From Carcharhinus amblyrhynchos (Eukaryota), in assembly GCA_965287045.1 (NCBI GenBank), contig OZ336878.1, positions 26,350,001 to 26,414,000 on the forward strand: 64,000 nucleotides of DNA. Reading direction: 5' to 3'. Below, piece after piece: positions 37,681-50,489 of this stretch. Position 1 is the stretch's first letter; each line of letters begins with the position of its first letter. The notes below the pieces were generated by a model, which was not told the origin of the DNA, did not search any database, and saw nothing but the letters and a program-made list of their open reading frames with translations. The position numbers and the translations under genes are program-made.

Positions 37681-39144
37681 CAGATGGTGAAGTAACAACT
37701 TAGAAGGAACAAAACAAGGTCAGAGAAGCATTGCCTATAGTAACATTGATTACAGAATTGTCATGTTATACATGGAATATTGTGTTGTGTGTGGTGGGAT
37801 ATTTGGACATGGTGCTAGGATTTTGATAGGAAATCATTGGAGTTGCATTTTAGGGCATAGTTTTGTGGTTTTGTGTAATAGTTTATCAGGACTTTGTAAA
37901 ATTATAAGTTCTAACCTTATGTTGGAATTTGATGTAACATAATGGGACAATCATTGTACAGTGCTGGAATGTGTTAGAACACATACTTTCAGTATATCGA
38001 GATATTGTGGTTGGAGTACTGTATCATTTTACATTATAGTGTACAAGTTTACATTTAGTTCTGTGTTGGAATGTGGTGCCATTGTGAATGAACATGTTAC
38101 GCCATTATACATTAGGTATTGCACTATTTTATGTTTGAGTATGTTTTGTTGGTGCAGTAATAAGTCATATTAGAATACAACAACTGATCCATCAGTACAT
38201 GGAGTTTCACAGCAAATCATAGAATTGTCATAACTGTTGAACTGATAAAGACAACTCTTACTTGTACATAATTAATCATGTGTTAAATGAGGCTGTTGTG
38301 ATAGTCCCTCCTTCAGATCAATTTCTAGTCAAAATGTAATGCAAAATTAATGTAGGTATATACTGAGATAATGAACAAAATATAACTTGACCAATGTATT
38401 TTTTATTGTTTAGAATGGATAATACAGATAATATTTGGCCCAATTAGTCAGTGACATTACCATTACACCACTGCCTCCCTTCATATCATATGCTATTTCC
38501 TATTTATTAGAATTGCACTCCATCACACAAACAAGCTTCCCGTCCATTGACTCTGTCTACACTTCCCGCTGCCTTGGGGGTAAGGGCAACTGCCAAAATG
38601 AGCAGGTCATTTGCCATATTGAAATAGCCAATTGTGGGTGAATTAAGCTTGTTGCCAAGCCTATCGATCCACAATACATTTGGCACAGGTGGCAGTGTGT
38701 GAGCACGAAGTCTGATATTTTAACCTCAAATGGTTAAAGGGTAGGAAGAAAGAGAGGTGTTGATCTTCAAGGGCTGCCCTTTGCTGATTGCAGGCTTGTC
38801 AACCCCATCCCTTAGACTGAACACCCCCTTATTTCCTACCTGCCCTCTCTCTTAAATTCACTCAACCACTTTTCCTCAGCATGGTCCCTATCAGTAATGG
38901 TCCCAAACCCTCTAGGCCCAAGACCATGGATTTACCGTACCAGGGTCCTAAGCTTTGTGTTCTCTTCAGCTGCAATCCCAGCAGTTGCCACTGAGCTCTT
39001 TCAAATGCCGCTGGGACTGATGGAGTTGCCAGCCCTGGAGGAATTCCCACTCAGCCCTGTTTAATGAGCTCCACTGTGATTTATTCCTGCAAGGCTGTTT
39101 GGCATGCCATCCAACTCCTCCATGTATTATTCCTTTTTAGCCTC

Positions 39145-39365
39145 AATAATGAAGCTATCATCAATTGTTGTAAAAACCCATCTAGTTCATTAATGTCCTC
39201 TAGGAAGGAACTCTGCCATCCTTACCTGGTCTGGCCTACATGTGACTCCAGAATGTGTCAGCAATTGGTTGACTGTTAAGAGGCCCAAAAGACCATTCAG
39301 TTCAAGAGCAAATGGGATGGATTTCAAATGCTGGGCTTGCCAATGATGTTCCCATCACATGAAAG
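39145..39365 (+). mobile_element. SINE-B 5'-truncated copy
   Basis: Matches the 3' half of 39918-40276. Confidence 0.8.
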
Positions 39366-39917
39366 AGTTAAACCAAAACGTAAATCTGGTTTGAGTAAAA
39401 CAAGAACTTTTGGGGACTCCTGACTAGAAGCATATCACTTTAAGCCGCTTCCGATTTATCAGAGTTTCATTTTAGACATATTGTTTTATAACCAGGCTGC
39501 TAAGAAAGGAATGTAAAGAGGGATAAGCAATTTGAGTAAATGATTGTGAGAAGATATAGACCATTCTCTGAAGTTCACTTGGATTACCATAAAGTAAAAC
39601 GATAACATTTCAAAAGGGTAAAATCTGGGCAACAGCTGCCAAATGGAGATTCCATGCATACACTTCTAATCTGTTAAAGAGAAAAGATGCCAAAAACAAG
39701 AAAACATTACTTTCTCTTCCTCAGACAAGGAGGAGGAAATGTTTAATATATACAATATACCATCTTGGATTTTCCCTTTGATCACAACAATTTGGGGGCA
39801 TATATTATATTATATATATTACATGTATATAGATCCTCAGGTTGTTGATTGGTGATTTGCTGCTGATATTGAAAACCATCATCATTCCATTTATTTAATA
39901 TGATATATTTCATCATT

Positions 39918-40276
39918 GAGGAGGTGATGGCCTAATGGTATTATTGTTAGACTATTAATCCTGAAACCCAGATAATTTTCTGGGGAACCAAATTCGAATT
40001 CTGTTACAGCAGATGCTGCAATTTGAGTTCAATTAAAAAAATCTGGAATTAAAAATCTATTTATGACCTTGAAGCTATTACTGATTGTTGGAAAAACTCA
40101 TCTGGTTCACTAAGGACCTTTAGGGAAGGAAATCTGCCATTGTTACTTGGTCTGGCCTACTAGTGATTCCAGGGCCACACCAATGTGATTGACTCTCAAC
40201 TGCCCTCCAAAGGCAACTAGGGATGGACAATAAGTTCTGGCCAGCCAGCAACATCCATGTCCCACAAATGAGTAAT
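39918..40276 (+). mobile_element. Second tRNA-derived SINE family ('SINE-B'), full length
   Basis: A box TGGCCTAATGG, B-box-like AATTCGAATT, tail ..ctagggatggacaataagttctggcc; near-colinear copy at 48736-49055. Confidence 0.85.
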
Positions 40277-40932
40277 TAAAATGCAGCAAATTAAATATTT
40301 TGGGGATGTGTAGCTTCAAATGGTAGAGTTTTGCTAATGGCTTAAGAGACAACTCCTTCCACAAGTGCCACCCATGAAATGGTATAAAATGATTTTCAGG
40401 AGCATCTATTACAGTTTCCTGTACGGAAATCTGTAATTGAATAAAGTGCCCGTACCAGTGTATAGTGGTGTATCCAGTGCCAAGTCTGCCCTACCCTCTT
40501 CTCCCTAACTCAAGGCTGGTAGATTTGTTTCACATGTCTACTATCTTGCATTGAAAAAACTTCAGCTAAAAATATGACATTCCCAGTGGTTGTAGTGGCT
40601 CTTGATGGAAACTTATATTTTGAAGAAATAAAACATCATAATGATCATCAAATCTATGGCTCATTCTGACTTCATTCTAATTGGATGTTTCAAGAAGTTT
40701 ATCTCTGCAGCATTAGTTGTTTGTGCCATTACTTGTGAATGTCTAGATTCAAAAAACATTGAATCTGAGCTAAAAAATTCTCAGTAGTGATGAAAACAAG
40801 CTTTCAAATCCATTTTTCCACCTCACTCAGCTAAGATCAGTAAGTGTTATAATTCTTGCAAGCAGCGGACAGAACAGAATTACAATCTTGGTTGAACTGA
40901 AATGTCTTGTCACCTTGGGTGAAATTAGTTTT

Positions 40933-42202
40933 GATGTGGAGATGCCAGCGTTGGACTGGGGACACATGCATCTCCATTAAGGATGGTCACCTCAGCACCT
41001 CACTGTACCACAAGCCCAAGGGTAACCTCATGATGCTCCACTTCTACAGCTCCCACCCTAAACATGTTAAAGGCATCCTCCTGTCCATGATAAGCCCTCC
41101 ATATACATAGGATCTGCTCAGATGAGGAGGATTGCAACAGACACCTCCAGATGCTGAAAGATGCCCTCATAAGAATAGGATATTGCGCTCGACTCATCAA
41201 TCAACAGTTCCGATATGTCACAACGAAAAATCGCACCGAGCTCCTCAGAAGACAAACACAGGAAACGGTCAACAGAGTACCCTTCGTTGTCCAGTACTTC
41301 CCCAGAGCGGAGAAGCCACAACATCTTCTCCGGAGTCTTCAACATGTCTTTGAGGAAGACGAACATCTAGGCCATCCCCACACCCCCACTTCTTGCCTTC
41401 AAACAACCACACAACCTCAAACAAACCGTTGTCCACAGCAAACTATCCAGCCTTCAGGAGAACAGTGACCACAATACCACACAACACTGCCACAGCAGCC
41501 TCTGCAAAACATGCCGGATCATCGACACGGATGCCATCATCTCACATGAGAACACCAACCAACAGGTACACGGTACATACTATTGCAACTCGGCCAACGT
41601 TATCTACCTGATACGCTGCAGGAAAGGATGTCCCAAGGCATGGTACATTGGGAGACCATGCAGACGCTACGACAATGGATGAATGAACACCACTCGACAA
41701 TCACCAGGCAAGACTGTTCTCTTCCTGTTGGCGAACACTTCAACAGTCGCGAGCATTTGGCCTCTGATCTTCAGGTCAGCATTCTCCAAGGTGGCCTTCA
41801 CTACACACAACAGTGCAGAGTTGCTGAGCAGAGACTGATAACCAAGTTCCGCACACATGAGGACGGCCTCAACCGGGATCTTGAGTTCACGTTATACTAT
41901 TTGTAACCCCCATGACTTGCCTGGGCTCGCAACATCTCACTTACTGTCCTGTCTGGAGACAATACACATCTCTTTAACCTATGGTTAATGCTATCTCCAC
42001 TCACATTGTCTGCACCTTTAAGACTTGATTAGCTACAAAGACTCACATTCTAATCAGTATTCTGTAAACTGAGCGTGTGTCTTTATATGCCCTGTTTGTG
42101 ATCAGAACTCCCCATTCATCTGACGAAGGGGCAGAGCCCCAAAAGCTAGTGGTTACCAAATAAACCTGTTGGACTTTAACCTGGTGTTGTGAGACTTCTT
42201 AC
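40933..42202 (+). mobile_element. Penelope-like retroelement, 5'-truncated and frameshifted (RT C-terminus + GIY-YIG endonuclease + 3' repeat)
   Basis: Fragments DGHLSTSLYHKP..HFYSSHPKHVK, RVPFVVQYFP, CKTC, CNSANVIYLIRC..WYIG, ETMQTLRQWMNEH..PVGEHFN. Flanked by near-identical 12-mers at 40920-40931 and 42203-42214. Confidence 0.92.
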
Positions 42203-42442
42203 TGAAGTTAGTTTACTAACATTGGGATCAATAGTGCTTTAACGCAAAGATCTTTGCAAACCTGATCAGGTTGTAAACTGTCTATAACAACTTAGTTATT
42301 TAATTTAATGTCTATCACATGGCACATTTCTTTAACCAAATATTGTGGACTGGCATGAAAGAAAGAAAGACTTCCAATCTTTTACTGCCTATCATGACCT
42401 CTGAGGACCCCCAAGAGCTTTACGGCCAATTAAACACTTCTA

Positions 42443-42520
42443 GAGTTGGTTAGCTCAGAATGTTAGGATATGGTGCCTAATGGTGCCAATGGCAGAGGTT
42501 CAGTCTGTATACCAGCAGAG
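42443..42520 (+). pseudogene. Degenerate tRNA-Ile-like sequence or SINE head
   Basis: GGTTAGCTCAG..GTTAG..TGGTGC.TAAT..GCCAA..GGTTC resembles tRNA-Ile(AAT) with A and B boxes; heavily decayed. Confidence 0.4.
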
Positions 42521-43604
42521 GTAATCCTTGTGACTGGCTGTTCCTTCTACTTACCGGTTAGAATATCATGGCAACTTAGAAAAGATAAAGGTGTGCAGAG
42601 AGCCATGATTAGCAATCCTCAGGAAACCAAGGATGCTGCATGAGAAGAGAGAGAGAGAGAGAGACAGAAACGAAGTATCTTTAAATTGTATGAACTTGCA
42701 ATAATGACAACGTAACAAAGAATCTTCTTACACAGATGCTGTGTCTCAAGGAGTGGAACATACTTTCAGTTGACTTTGTAACAATAGTACCAAAGTAGAC
42801 CAAACTTGAATGAGGACTTACTTTAAAACTAAAACAAGGTGTATGCTGTTAGAAATTAATGATGTCAAACTCAGAGGTGAAAATCCATTTTTAACAATAA
42901 AATGGGATAATGCCTGATTCTCTCCATAATTAATGAGCCATTAATGAAATCACAAACTTCAAAGTAATGTGCTTAGTAAAGCTTTGTAAACTATAGCTCC
43001 AGATCAGCAGCTGAATAGGACTGAAATAAATGCAATATTTTATGAAAAGAAAAATTCACTTCCCTGCAATTTAATCTCAAAATACTGGATATAATTACAA
43101 ACCATCAGATCATCATTCTCATTAACTATACAATCTAATCTCCTGTTTTATGATACAACTAAACCTATCGGATCAACTCGCATTGATTACATTACAGTGT
43201 AATAATTGTTTTATGTGGGTGTCTCATAAATCAATTAGGCTGGCATATTATCATCATCATAGAACCCTTACTCTGCTCCATAAAAAGACTAAAAAGAAAT
43301 AAGTAAACCAGTTCACTTATCCACCAGTATGGCTCATACCAAAAATACAAGACAGAATGCAGCTGTTGCAAAGCTCTAATATTTCTGGCAGTTTTCAATC
43401 ACTCAAGCTGCCTATGACATCAGTTAAGTGCCTTAATCATGTGATCAATTGCAGGTATTTATTATTTTCTATGTCGTACACTTCAACCTCATTGCAGACT
43501 TATAATCATTGTAGTAACTTATTGTTTTAATAGTGAATCTCATAAGCCTATTCAATTAGATTGCAGACGCAATAACTCCATTATTTTATATATTATACAC
43601 CTCG

Positions 43605-43910
43605 AACCATAGAATTCCTAGTGCAGAAGGAGATCATTTGCCCAATTAAGCCTGCACCAACTCACCAAAGAACATCTTATCCAGGAACGCCTGCTTCCCA
43701 ACAAATCCCCGGAAACCTGCACATTTACCATGGCTAATCTACCTAACCTACACATCTTTGGAGTGTGGGAGGAAACCAGAGCACCCGGAGGAAACACAAG
43801 TAGACACGAGGAGAATGCACTAACTCCACACAGACCCAAGGCTGGAATTGAACCCAGGTCTCTGATGCTGTGAGGCAGCAATGCTAATCACTGTGTCAAT
43901 GTGTTGACCC
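43605..43910 (-). mobile_element. HE1/V-SINE-like SINE
   Basis: Same head, core and tail as the other copies. Confidence 0.9.
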
Positions 43911-45304
43911 TAAGTCATACTGCAGCCTGCTATTCATGCACTGTCGCTGCCAAATATATTTTGTATGAAATTGGTTAAATCGATAAGACACACTTCTTTC
44001 TCTGAGTAAAATTCACCACCACGTCTGTTAAAACAAACACGCTAAGCTCAGAATGAAATCACAAGGGAAAATAATTTGTTTCCTTAAATACTTATATTTA
44101 AATACTTTTTTTGAATCAGGAATGTTACATAATAAAGAAGTCAGCATAAAAGTTGACCTTCTAAGGCTTGAAAAATCCATCTAAAAATGGGGATTTATGT
44201 GCTGAGTATAAAAGTGAACTGTTGACATGGGGGTGGGCTGTCACTATCTTTGTAATTTGCTACAAGGGGACATGCCTTAGTCACCTACACATCTTTGTAA
44301 CATATCTCATAACTGCTGGCCCAACCAGTGACACCCAAATGAATAAAGCCTGCTTGACTCCTTGCACCCAATTTTAGGGTGCCTAGAAATAAAACATCCA
44401 TCTGGAGAATGAAAAGTTGATTGTGACGACTAATGCCAAGGGAGGGGGGTGACATTTTTGCGCAAATATCAAAAAGCATGATGTTAGGGACTGAAAAGCT
44501 TATACATGGCATATACATTAAGTCAACTTATACACTGTGATCTCTTGTAATGCCAGAAGTTGGGGAATGGTTTTGTCCACTGGAATTGTAACAAATGGAA
44601 AATGCATTACCCCATTGAAATGCTGCTTGGAAATTTTTTGGGAGATGAGCTGATCTGCTGGAATTCCAAATAGGAGTGAACTGAAATGACATTGTGGGGA
44701 TATTTTCAGCAAACTGACCACAGCTATTCAAGAAGGCTAACCACTTATTTCTCTGGGTAACTAGAAATGAGGAATAAATGATGGTTGACAACATCCACAT
44801 CCCATAATGAAATGGAATTAGAACTCTTCACAATGGACATGAATGAGAAATTATTTCACCAATGAACTTCTATACAATGGAAATAAACAGGAGGTGTTCC
44901 ATGCATTTGACTATATTTGAATCAGAATTGGAATTGAGAAATGTACGGGGTTGTTTGCAGTCAATTATATTGCTATCAAAGTTCTCTTGAGCCAGTCAAA
45001 ACACTTCGCATTTTGAAAACCAACTGTGATATTCATTTTACATCTGTTGTAGGAAATAAAAGGTAGAAAATGAATTTGGCAAATTGTCCAATAGCTACTA
45101 TATGTTTATATATAGTATATACATATATAAGCTCTGATAGCTACACATAGAGATTCAAGATGGCACCAAAGCACAGTGGTTTCATGCAAGTTGTGTCCAG
45201 CGTATCCTCTAATTCAATCCTTTACTCTCATTCTATGCTTTTAAAACTCTACATTAATTCTTAAACCCTGTAACAAGCCTTTAATTTAATCTCTTACAGA
45301 TTTG

Positions 45305-45480
45305 ACAACCTTATATTAAGTTGATCTTTCTCTACACTCTAGCTATGACTGTAATACACATTCTGCGCACTCTCCTTTCCTTCTCTATGAATGGTATGTT
45401 TTGTCCGTGTAGCATGCAAGAAACAATACTTTTCATTGTATATTAATACATGTGACAATAATAAATCAAATCAAATCAAA
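45305..45480 (+). mobile_element. Rex1/Babar-type 3' UTR
   Basis: Matches 4825-5002 including the (AAATC)n tail. Confidence 0.8.
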
Positions 45481-46090
45481 GTTCCCTCTTTGAAAAGTTA
45501 CTTTCTGTTGTCACATTTTTGTCACACATTTGCATTAACTATTGTGTTATAAATTCCTGTGTCCTCATTTATAATCAAAATTGTTGAGGTAAACTTACCC
45601 CACAGTGATTATTTCCACCCTCCACTTGTGGAGACATGATGCTTCAGTTTTACATTTTCCCAACATCTTATGCTTCAACTCTGCTCCCAAATTGCTCCAG
45701 ATCTTGCTATTTAGCAAAACTGAAGACTATATTTAATTTTGATTCTTCTACTGTGCTGCAGATTGACAAGTATTTTATACAGAGATAGGACATATAGGAG
45801 TGACTTATATTGAATTGAATGGTGGAGTTACTCAGTGTGATCCATCAAATAGTTCAGATCAAATATATCATGAGGATAATATGACTCCTCTCTTTCAGGA
45901 ACCATGCCCTAAGGGAGCATTGATAATGATGCACTTCTATTGGATTGGTCTATGATTCTGATTTACTGTAGTGGTTTCCCATTGCCTTCTGCAGTAACAA
46001 GAAAACTCTTCCACTCTCACTGCCTGTCACCAGGCATTATGAAAGGATTTACACGCTGATAATCAACATGTTTGGCCATATTATGAATGA

Positions 46091-46635
46091 GGTGGCATGG
46101 TGGCACAGTGGTTAGCACTGCTGCCTCATAGGGCCAGGGATCTGGGTTCATTTCCAGCCTTGAGAGACTGTGTGGAGTTTGTACATCCTCCACATATCTG
46201 TGTAGATTTCCTTCGGGTGCTCCGGTTTTCACCCACAGTCTAAAGATGTGCAGGTTAGGTGAACTGACCATTTTAAATCACTGTTTAGTGTCCCAAGATG
46301 TGTAGGTTAAGGAGATTAGTGGGGTAAATACATGGGGTTATCATCAGGATAAGGTCTGGGTAAGTCTCTTCATGCAGGATTTTATTTCAACTCAGGAGCA
46401 GCTTCTTCCCTGCTGTCATCAGACTTTTGAACAGACCTACCTCATATTATGTTGATCTTTCCCTACACCCTAGCTATGACTGTAACACTACATTCTGCAC
46501 GCTTTACTTTCCTTCTCTGTGTACGGGTACGTATGACAATAATAAATCAAATCACATCAAATCAAAAAAATTGTTCTTTTGGGGACACAGTGCAGACTTG
46601 ATGGACCTGTTTCTGCACTGAAGAGATTCTATGAC
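46091..46635 (+). mobile_element. HE1-like SINE interrupted by a Rex1/Babar tail (~46388-46563)
   Basis: GGTGGCATGGTGGCACAGTGGTTAGCACTGCTGCCTCA head; tail resumes at ~46585 (cagtgcagacttgatggac). Confidence 0.88.
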
Positions 46636-47117
46636 CTTAGGTGGCCATCAAGTCCTGCAGTGGGATTTGAACCCAGAGCTTCTGGTGCCTCTGACATTGC
46701 ACCACAAGACCTCCATAATATGACTATTAAATCCAACATTAAGTTTTTTTTATATACTCCTAGATATGTTACGTTATATCTTAAAGGCCTGAAATTTCCA
46801 TAGAACTTCTCTCACTATTGCCTAATTGTATGAATGCTGTACGTGTACATAGAATTTCCATCATATTATGGGGTTAAGTTTTGGAAGTGAATTGGATATG
46901 GACCTGAGGAGATTTCAAGCCACATTTTACCATTTGTGCCAGGTTCACCCAACCTCATAGATTGTGATTAACACAATGCATTGCTGCAAATTGTAACACA
47001 GGGCTTGACCTGTTGTTTTATAACAAGGTATTATCAAAATATTGTTTAACAATGTTGTAGCATCCTGTACCATAAACTGTTCCATAATAATTTAAAGTAT
47101 GTGATATATGGATACAT

Positions 47118-48030
47118 AGACTGGGATTTTACCGGCTCGCCTGCCCATCGATGGGTGGGGGCAAGCTGCTAAAATCACACGAGAGCCAGAGAAATCAGGA
47201 GCACACCTGATTTATCAGCTCTCGCGAGCTTACGAGAGCCAGATTTCCAGCAAGGTCAGACTCTCGCTGCAAATAAATAATATACATTTTAATATTAATT
47301 CCAATGGCATCAGTGAGCTTGCTTGCCTTTGTGGCCTCGCTGGGAGAGGTGCTCCTGATCAATGGGGAACAGTGGTGTTGGCTTTGCTGGTAGAATTGGA
47401 GGTCACTGAGATTCCTGGGTAGGCTGAGGGCAAGGGGGTTGCCCCTTTGGCAGTGCCAACTTGGCAGTGCCAGCCTAGCACTTTGGCAATGTCCACTGGG
47501 CACCAGGGCCAGTTTCTATGGGAGAGGAGCCTAAGAGGGTGGGGCCAATGGGACTGAGCCTATGGCGATGCGACCTTTGGGACGGCATCTATAAGGGTGG
47601 GGTGGCCCGATCAGGGGGAACGGGGACCACTGCACACTCTGCCTGTAATCAGATCGGGGGAGGTGCGCTGCCAATTTGCAGGTGATTGGAGAAGAAGGGG
47701 ATGCTTGCTGCCGCTCTGCAGGTCATCAGATCAGAGAGGGAAAGGGGCCTGCTGCCTACAACAGCTGGAAATGGTCTAGCCCATATTTTCAACATCTAAA
47801 TCCATAAGATTGGGCATGAAAACTCACCCAAAAATGGATCAGGAACTCTCCCATTTTCATGCTAGCTGGACACGTAGAATCATTCTCTTAAACTTCACCT
47901 GTAGAATTACTGGGTGGAATTTTATGGCCTTCCCACCAGTAGGATTTTCTGGTCCTGCCCAAGTTGACATATTTTGAATGCTTCAGCACGTTTTATGGCC
48001 CTGCTCCCATTGGTTCAGAGATGTCAATAG
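47118..48030. mobile_element. GC-rich non-autonomous DNA-transposon-like repeat(s)
   Basis: Begins ctgggattttaccggc, similar to the MITE termini; GC-rich island in AT-rich surroundings. Confidence 0.5.
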
Positions 48031-48307
48031 AATGACACAACATAACACTGCATTATTGTGCAGGAACTTTGAAAAAAAAGTCCAGTGAGTTCCATAATCC
48101 CTTTAGCCTTACAAATGTTTCCAATTCAAGAACTTATCCAGTTCCCTTTTAAAAGTTTACCTGCCACCAGGATCATCCGGTCTCACCAGAAGTCCATGGA
48201 TTTTTGACTGGGACGCTGAATCTCCTATAGAGGGTCCTGTCAGAACAGGTCTGGAAACCCTGGCCATTATTGTATCTGCTACCACTACCTTTTCAGGCAG
48301 TCCATGG

Positions 48308-48379
48308 AGCAGAGTGGCGCAGTGGAAATGTGGTGTGCCCATAACCCAGAGGTCAATAGATCAAAACCATCTTCTGCTA
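48308..48379 (+). pseudogene. Initiator tRNA-Met (CAT) derived copy, probably non-functional
   Basis: 72 nt AGCAGAGTGGCGCAG..CCCATAACCCAGAGGTC..TCTGCTA. By manual comparison about 9 substitutions from the vertebrate tRNA-iMet I recall, four at CpGs. Confidence 0.9.
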
Positions 48380-48735
48380 TCTAATTACACATCTGGATTT
48401 TCTTTGCAGTTGATTTGTATCAGCTTCATGCTTCCAATAAACACTTCAGTCTGCAAACAATCAGGCAGTCTATTTCAGATCACAGCAAATAACTAGAAAA
48501 CCTGGCTCTTTCACTAATTACCTTCAATTTGCACCTTCTTTCTTGTTACCAACTCTTCAGCACTGGAAATGGCTTATCCTTGTGTAATCTATCAAAATCC
48601 TTCCTCAAACCTCCCCTTAACCTTCTCTGCTCTCAAGAGAGCAAATCTAGTTCCTCTAGTTTATCTATGTGACCAAAGTCTGTCACCCCTGGTACAATCC
48701 TGGTAGCTCTCCAAGGCTTTGACATCCTTCCTACA

Positions 48736-49055
48736 GGGGAGGCAATGGTGAAGTGGTATTATCACTAGGCTAATAATCCAGAGACCCAGGGTTAATGCTT
48801 TGGGGTTCAAATGCCACCACAGTACTTGATGAATTCAATAAAAATCTGGAATTAAAAGTCTAATAATGACCTTAAATCATTTGTTAGAAGACTATCTGTT
48901 TCACTAATTACCTTTAGGGAATTAAATCTGGGTTTGGCTTACACGTGACTCCAGACCCACAGAAAAGCGGTTGACTGTTAAATGCCCTCTGCAATTCAGC
49001 ATGGGCACTAAATGCTGATCCAGCCAGTGACACCTGCTTCCCATGAATGAGTAAA
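48736..49055 (+). mobile_element. SINE-B copy nested in CR1
   Basis: Colinear with 39918-40276. Confidence 0.85.
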
Positions 49056-50489
49056 AGATCTGGTGCCAAGAATTGGATACAATATTTTTGTTGGAGCCTA
49101 ACTAGTGTTTTTTAAATCTTTCATTTTATTTCAATACTCTATTCCTCTATTTATAAAACGAAGGATGGCCGTATCTTTATAACAGCCTTCTCAACTTGTG
49201 CTTGTTGTGTTGTGATCAATTAAAACACTGCCTTTTATTTCTGTAATACTTGAGCATAAATCCACTTCACGCTGATGGAATGAAAATGTCCTCTCCCTGT
49301 TGATGACAATAATCCTAAGTAAACTGAGTACAGAGCAGTTGCAGCCCAGCTTCTGGCTGACAGGAATCCATATCACAAACAGTCCATAATTTAATGCCAG
49401 TTGGCACTAAACTGGTAATCTATTATCTTGTGATTGTAACATAATACTACTTAACATTTTAGCACTGATGGATTGAAATGTGAGAATTAATTCTTTTCCA
49501 ACTGCGTTTCATTTAGTTACGTTAAAACTACAATAGAAATGAGCAAAATTAAAATTATTGGAAATATAGCAGCACCCAACTGAAAAAACCTCACCATCAA
49601 TTTAAAATGACCAGCGTTAATATAAAGAAGAAGGTCCCAAATCCAACTTCTTGTATGTGGGATCAGTGCTACACTGCTTCCAGTTGAGCCAATTAAATCC
49701 CTTCTGATCCCCTGGCTCTTGGAGTACTGCGTATTGGATATAATGCTGTGGCAACTGAACAGGAACAGGAGAGTCATGTTTGGCCTCAACTGAAACCCAT
49801 CAATACAGCCACTGGGCAAGTGCAACTTATTTGGCTGCTTAATGAAATATAAAGATTATTTTAAGCACTGTAAGCAGAATTCGACAGCCTGAAAAACAGA
49901 GCCTCCACTTGACAAATGCATTTGTAATTTAAAAAATGCTGTATAGGTTCTTTTCCATAATTGATTTATGTATTTTTAAAAGGATCTTAAACACGAGCAA
50001 GAGCTGCTTATTATTAGTGCCCATTGTAATATATATTCCTAAACCCTGCAGCTATGGTTATAGCAAAAGCTTTCTGATGTCCAGCATTGTACCACACTCT
50101 TCAAGGAGATTTATTTCCCACACTATTACCAGATTTATTGTAAATTGGAGACAGCCAATTAGCTTCAACAGGAATGCTAGACTCCCAACCAGGATAGGGC
50201 ATTAGTTTGAATTAGTGATACATCTGTTTAACAAACATATTTTCATTTTCCATTAACGTTTTTCTATTGGTTTATGCATGTTTCATACATGATGCCAGTG
50301 TAAGTTAAATCAGCTGTTTTCATTTTCCTGCATCTACCGGTACACCCCTAGAGACAGATACCTTTCTGAAGTAGTTTAGCTTTTCAATTTCTTTCTTCCT
50401 CTTGCTATGTTTCCTCTGTGTCAATAAGATATTTTCTAATGAAAAAGAAAAATTTCAAGAGAAGGATCCACCATCCGTGCTTAACTGGA

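Larger units (their letters stand above)
48085..49200 (-). mobile_element. Decayed CR1 3' end hosting nested insertions
   Basis: Reverse CR1 tail motifs (tccagttcccttttaaaagtt, ccttaaccttctctgctc) interrupted by the tRNA-iMet insert and a SINE. Confidence 0.7.

Noticed and set aside
48308-48379. Functional tRNA-iMet gene
   Set aside because: Substitutions in the D arm, anticodon stem and T loop/B box, CpG decay, and location inside a TSD-flanked insert.
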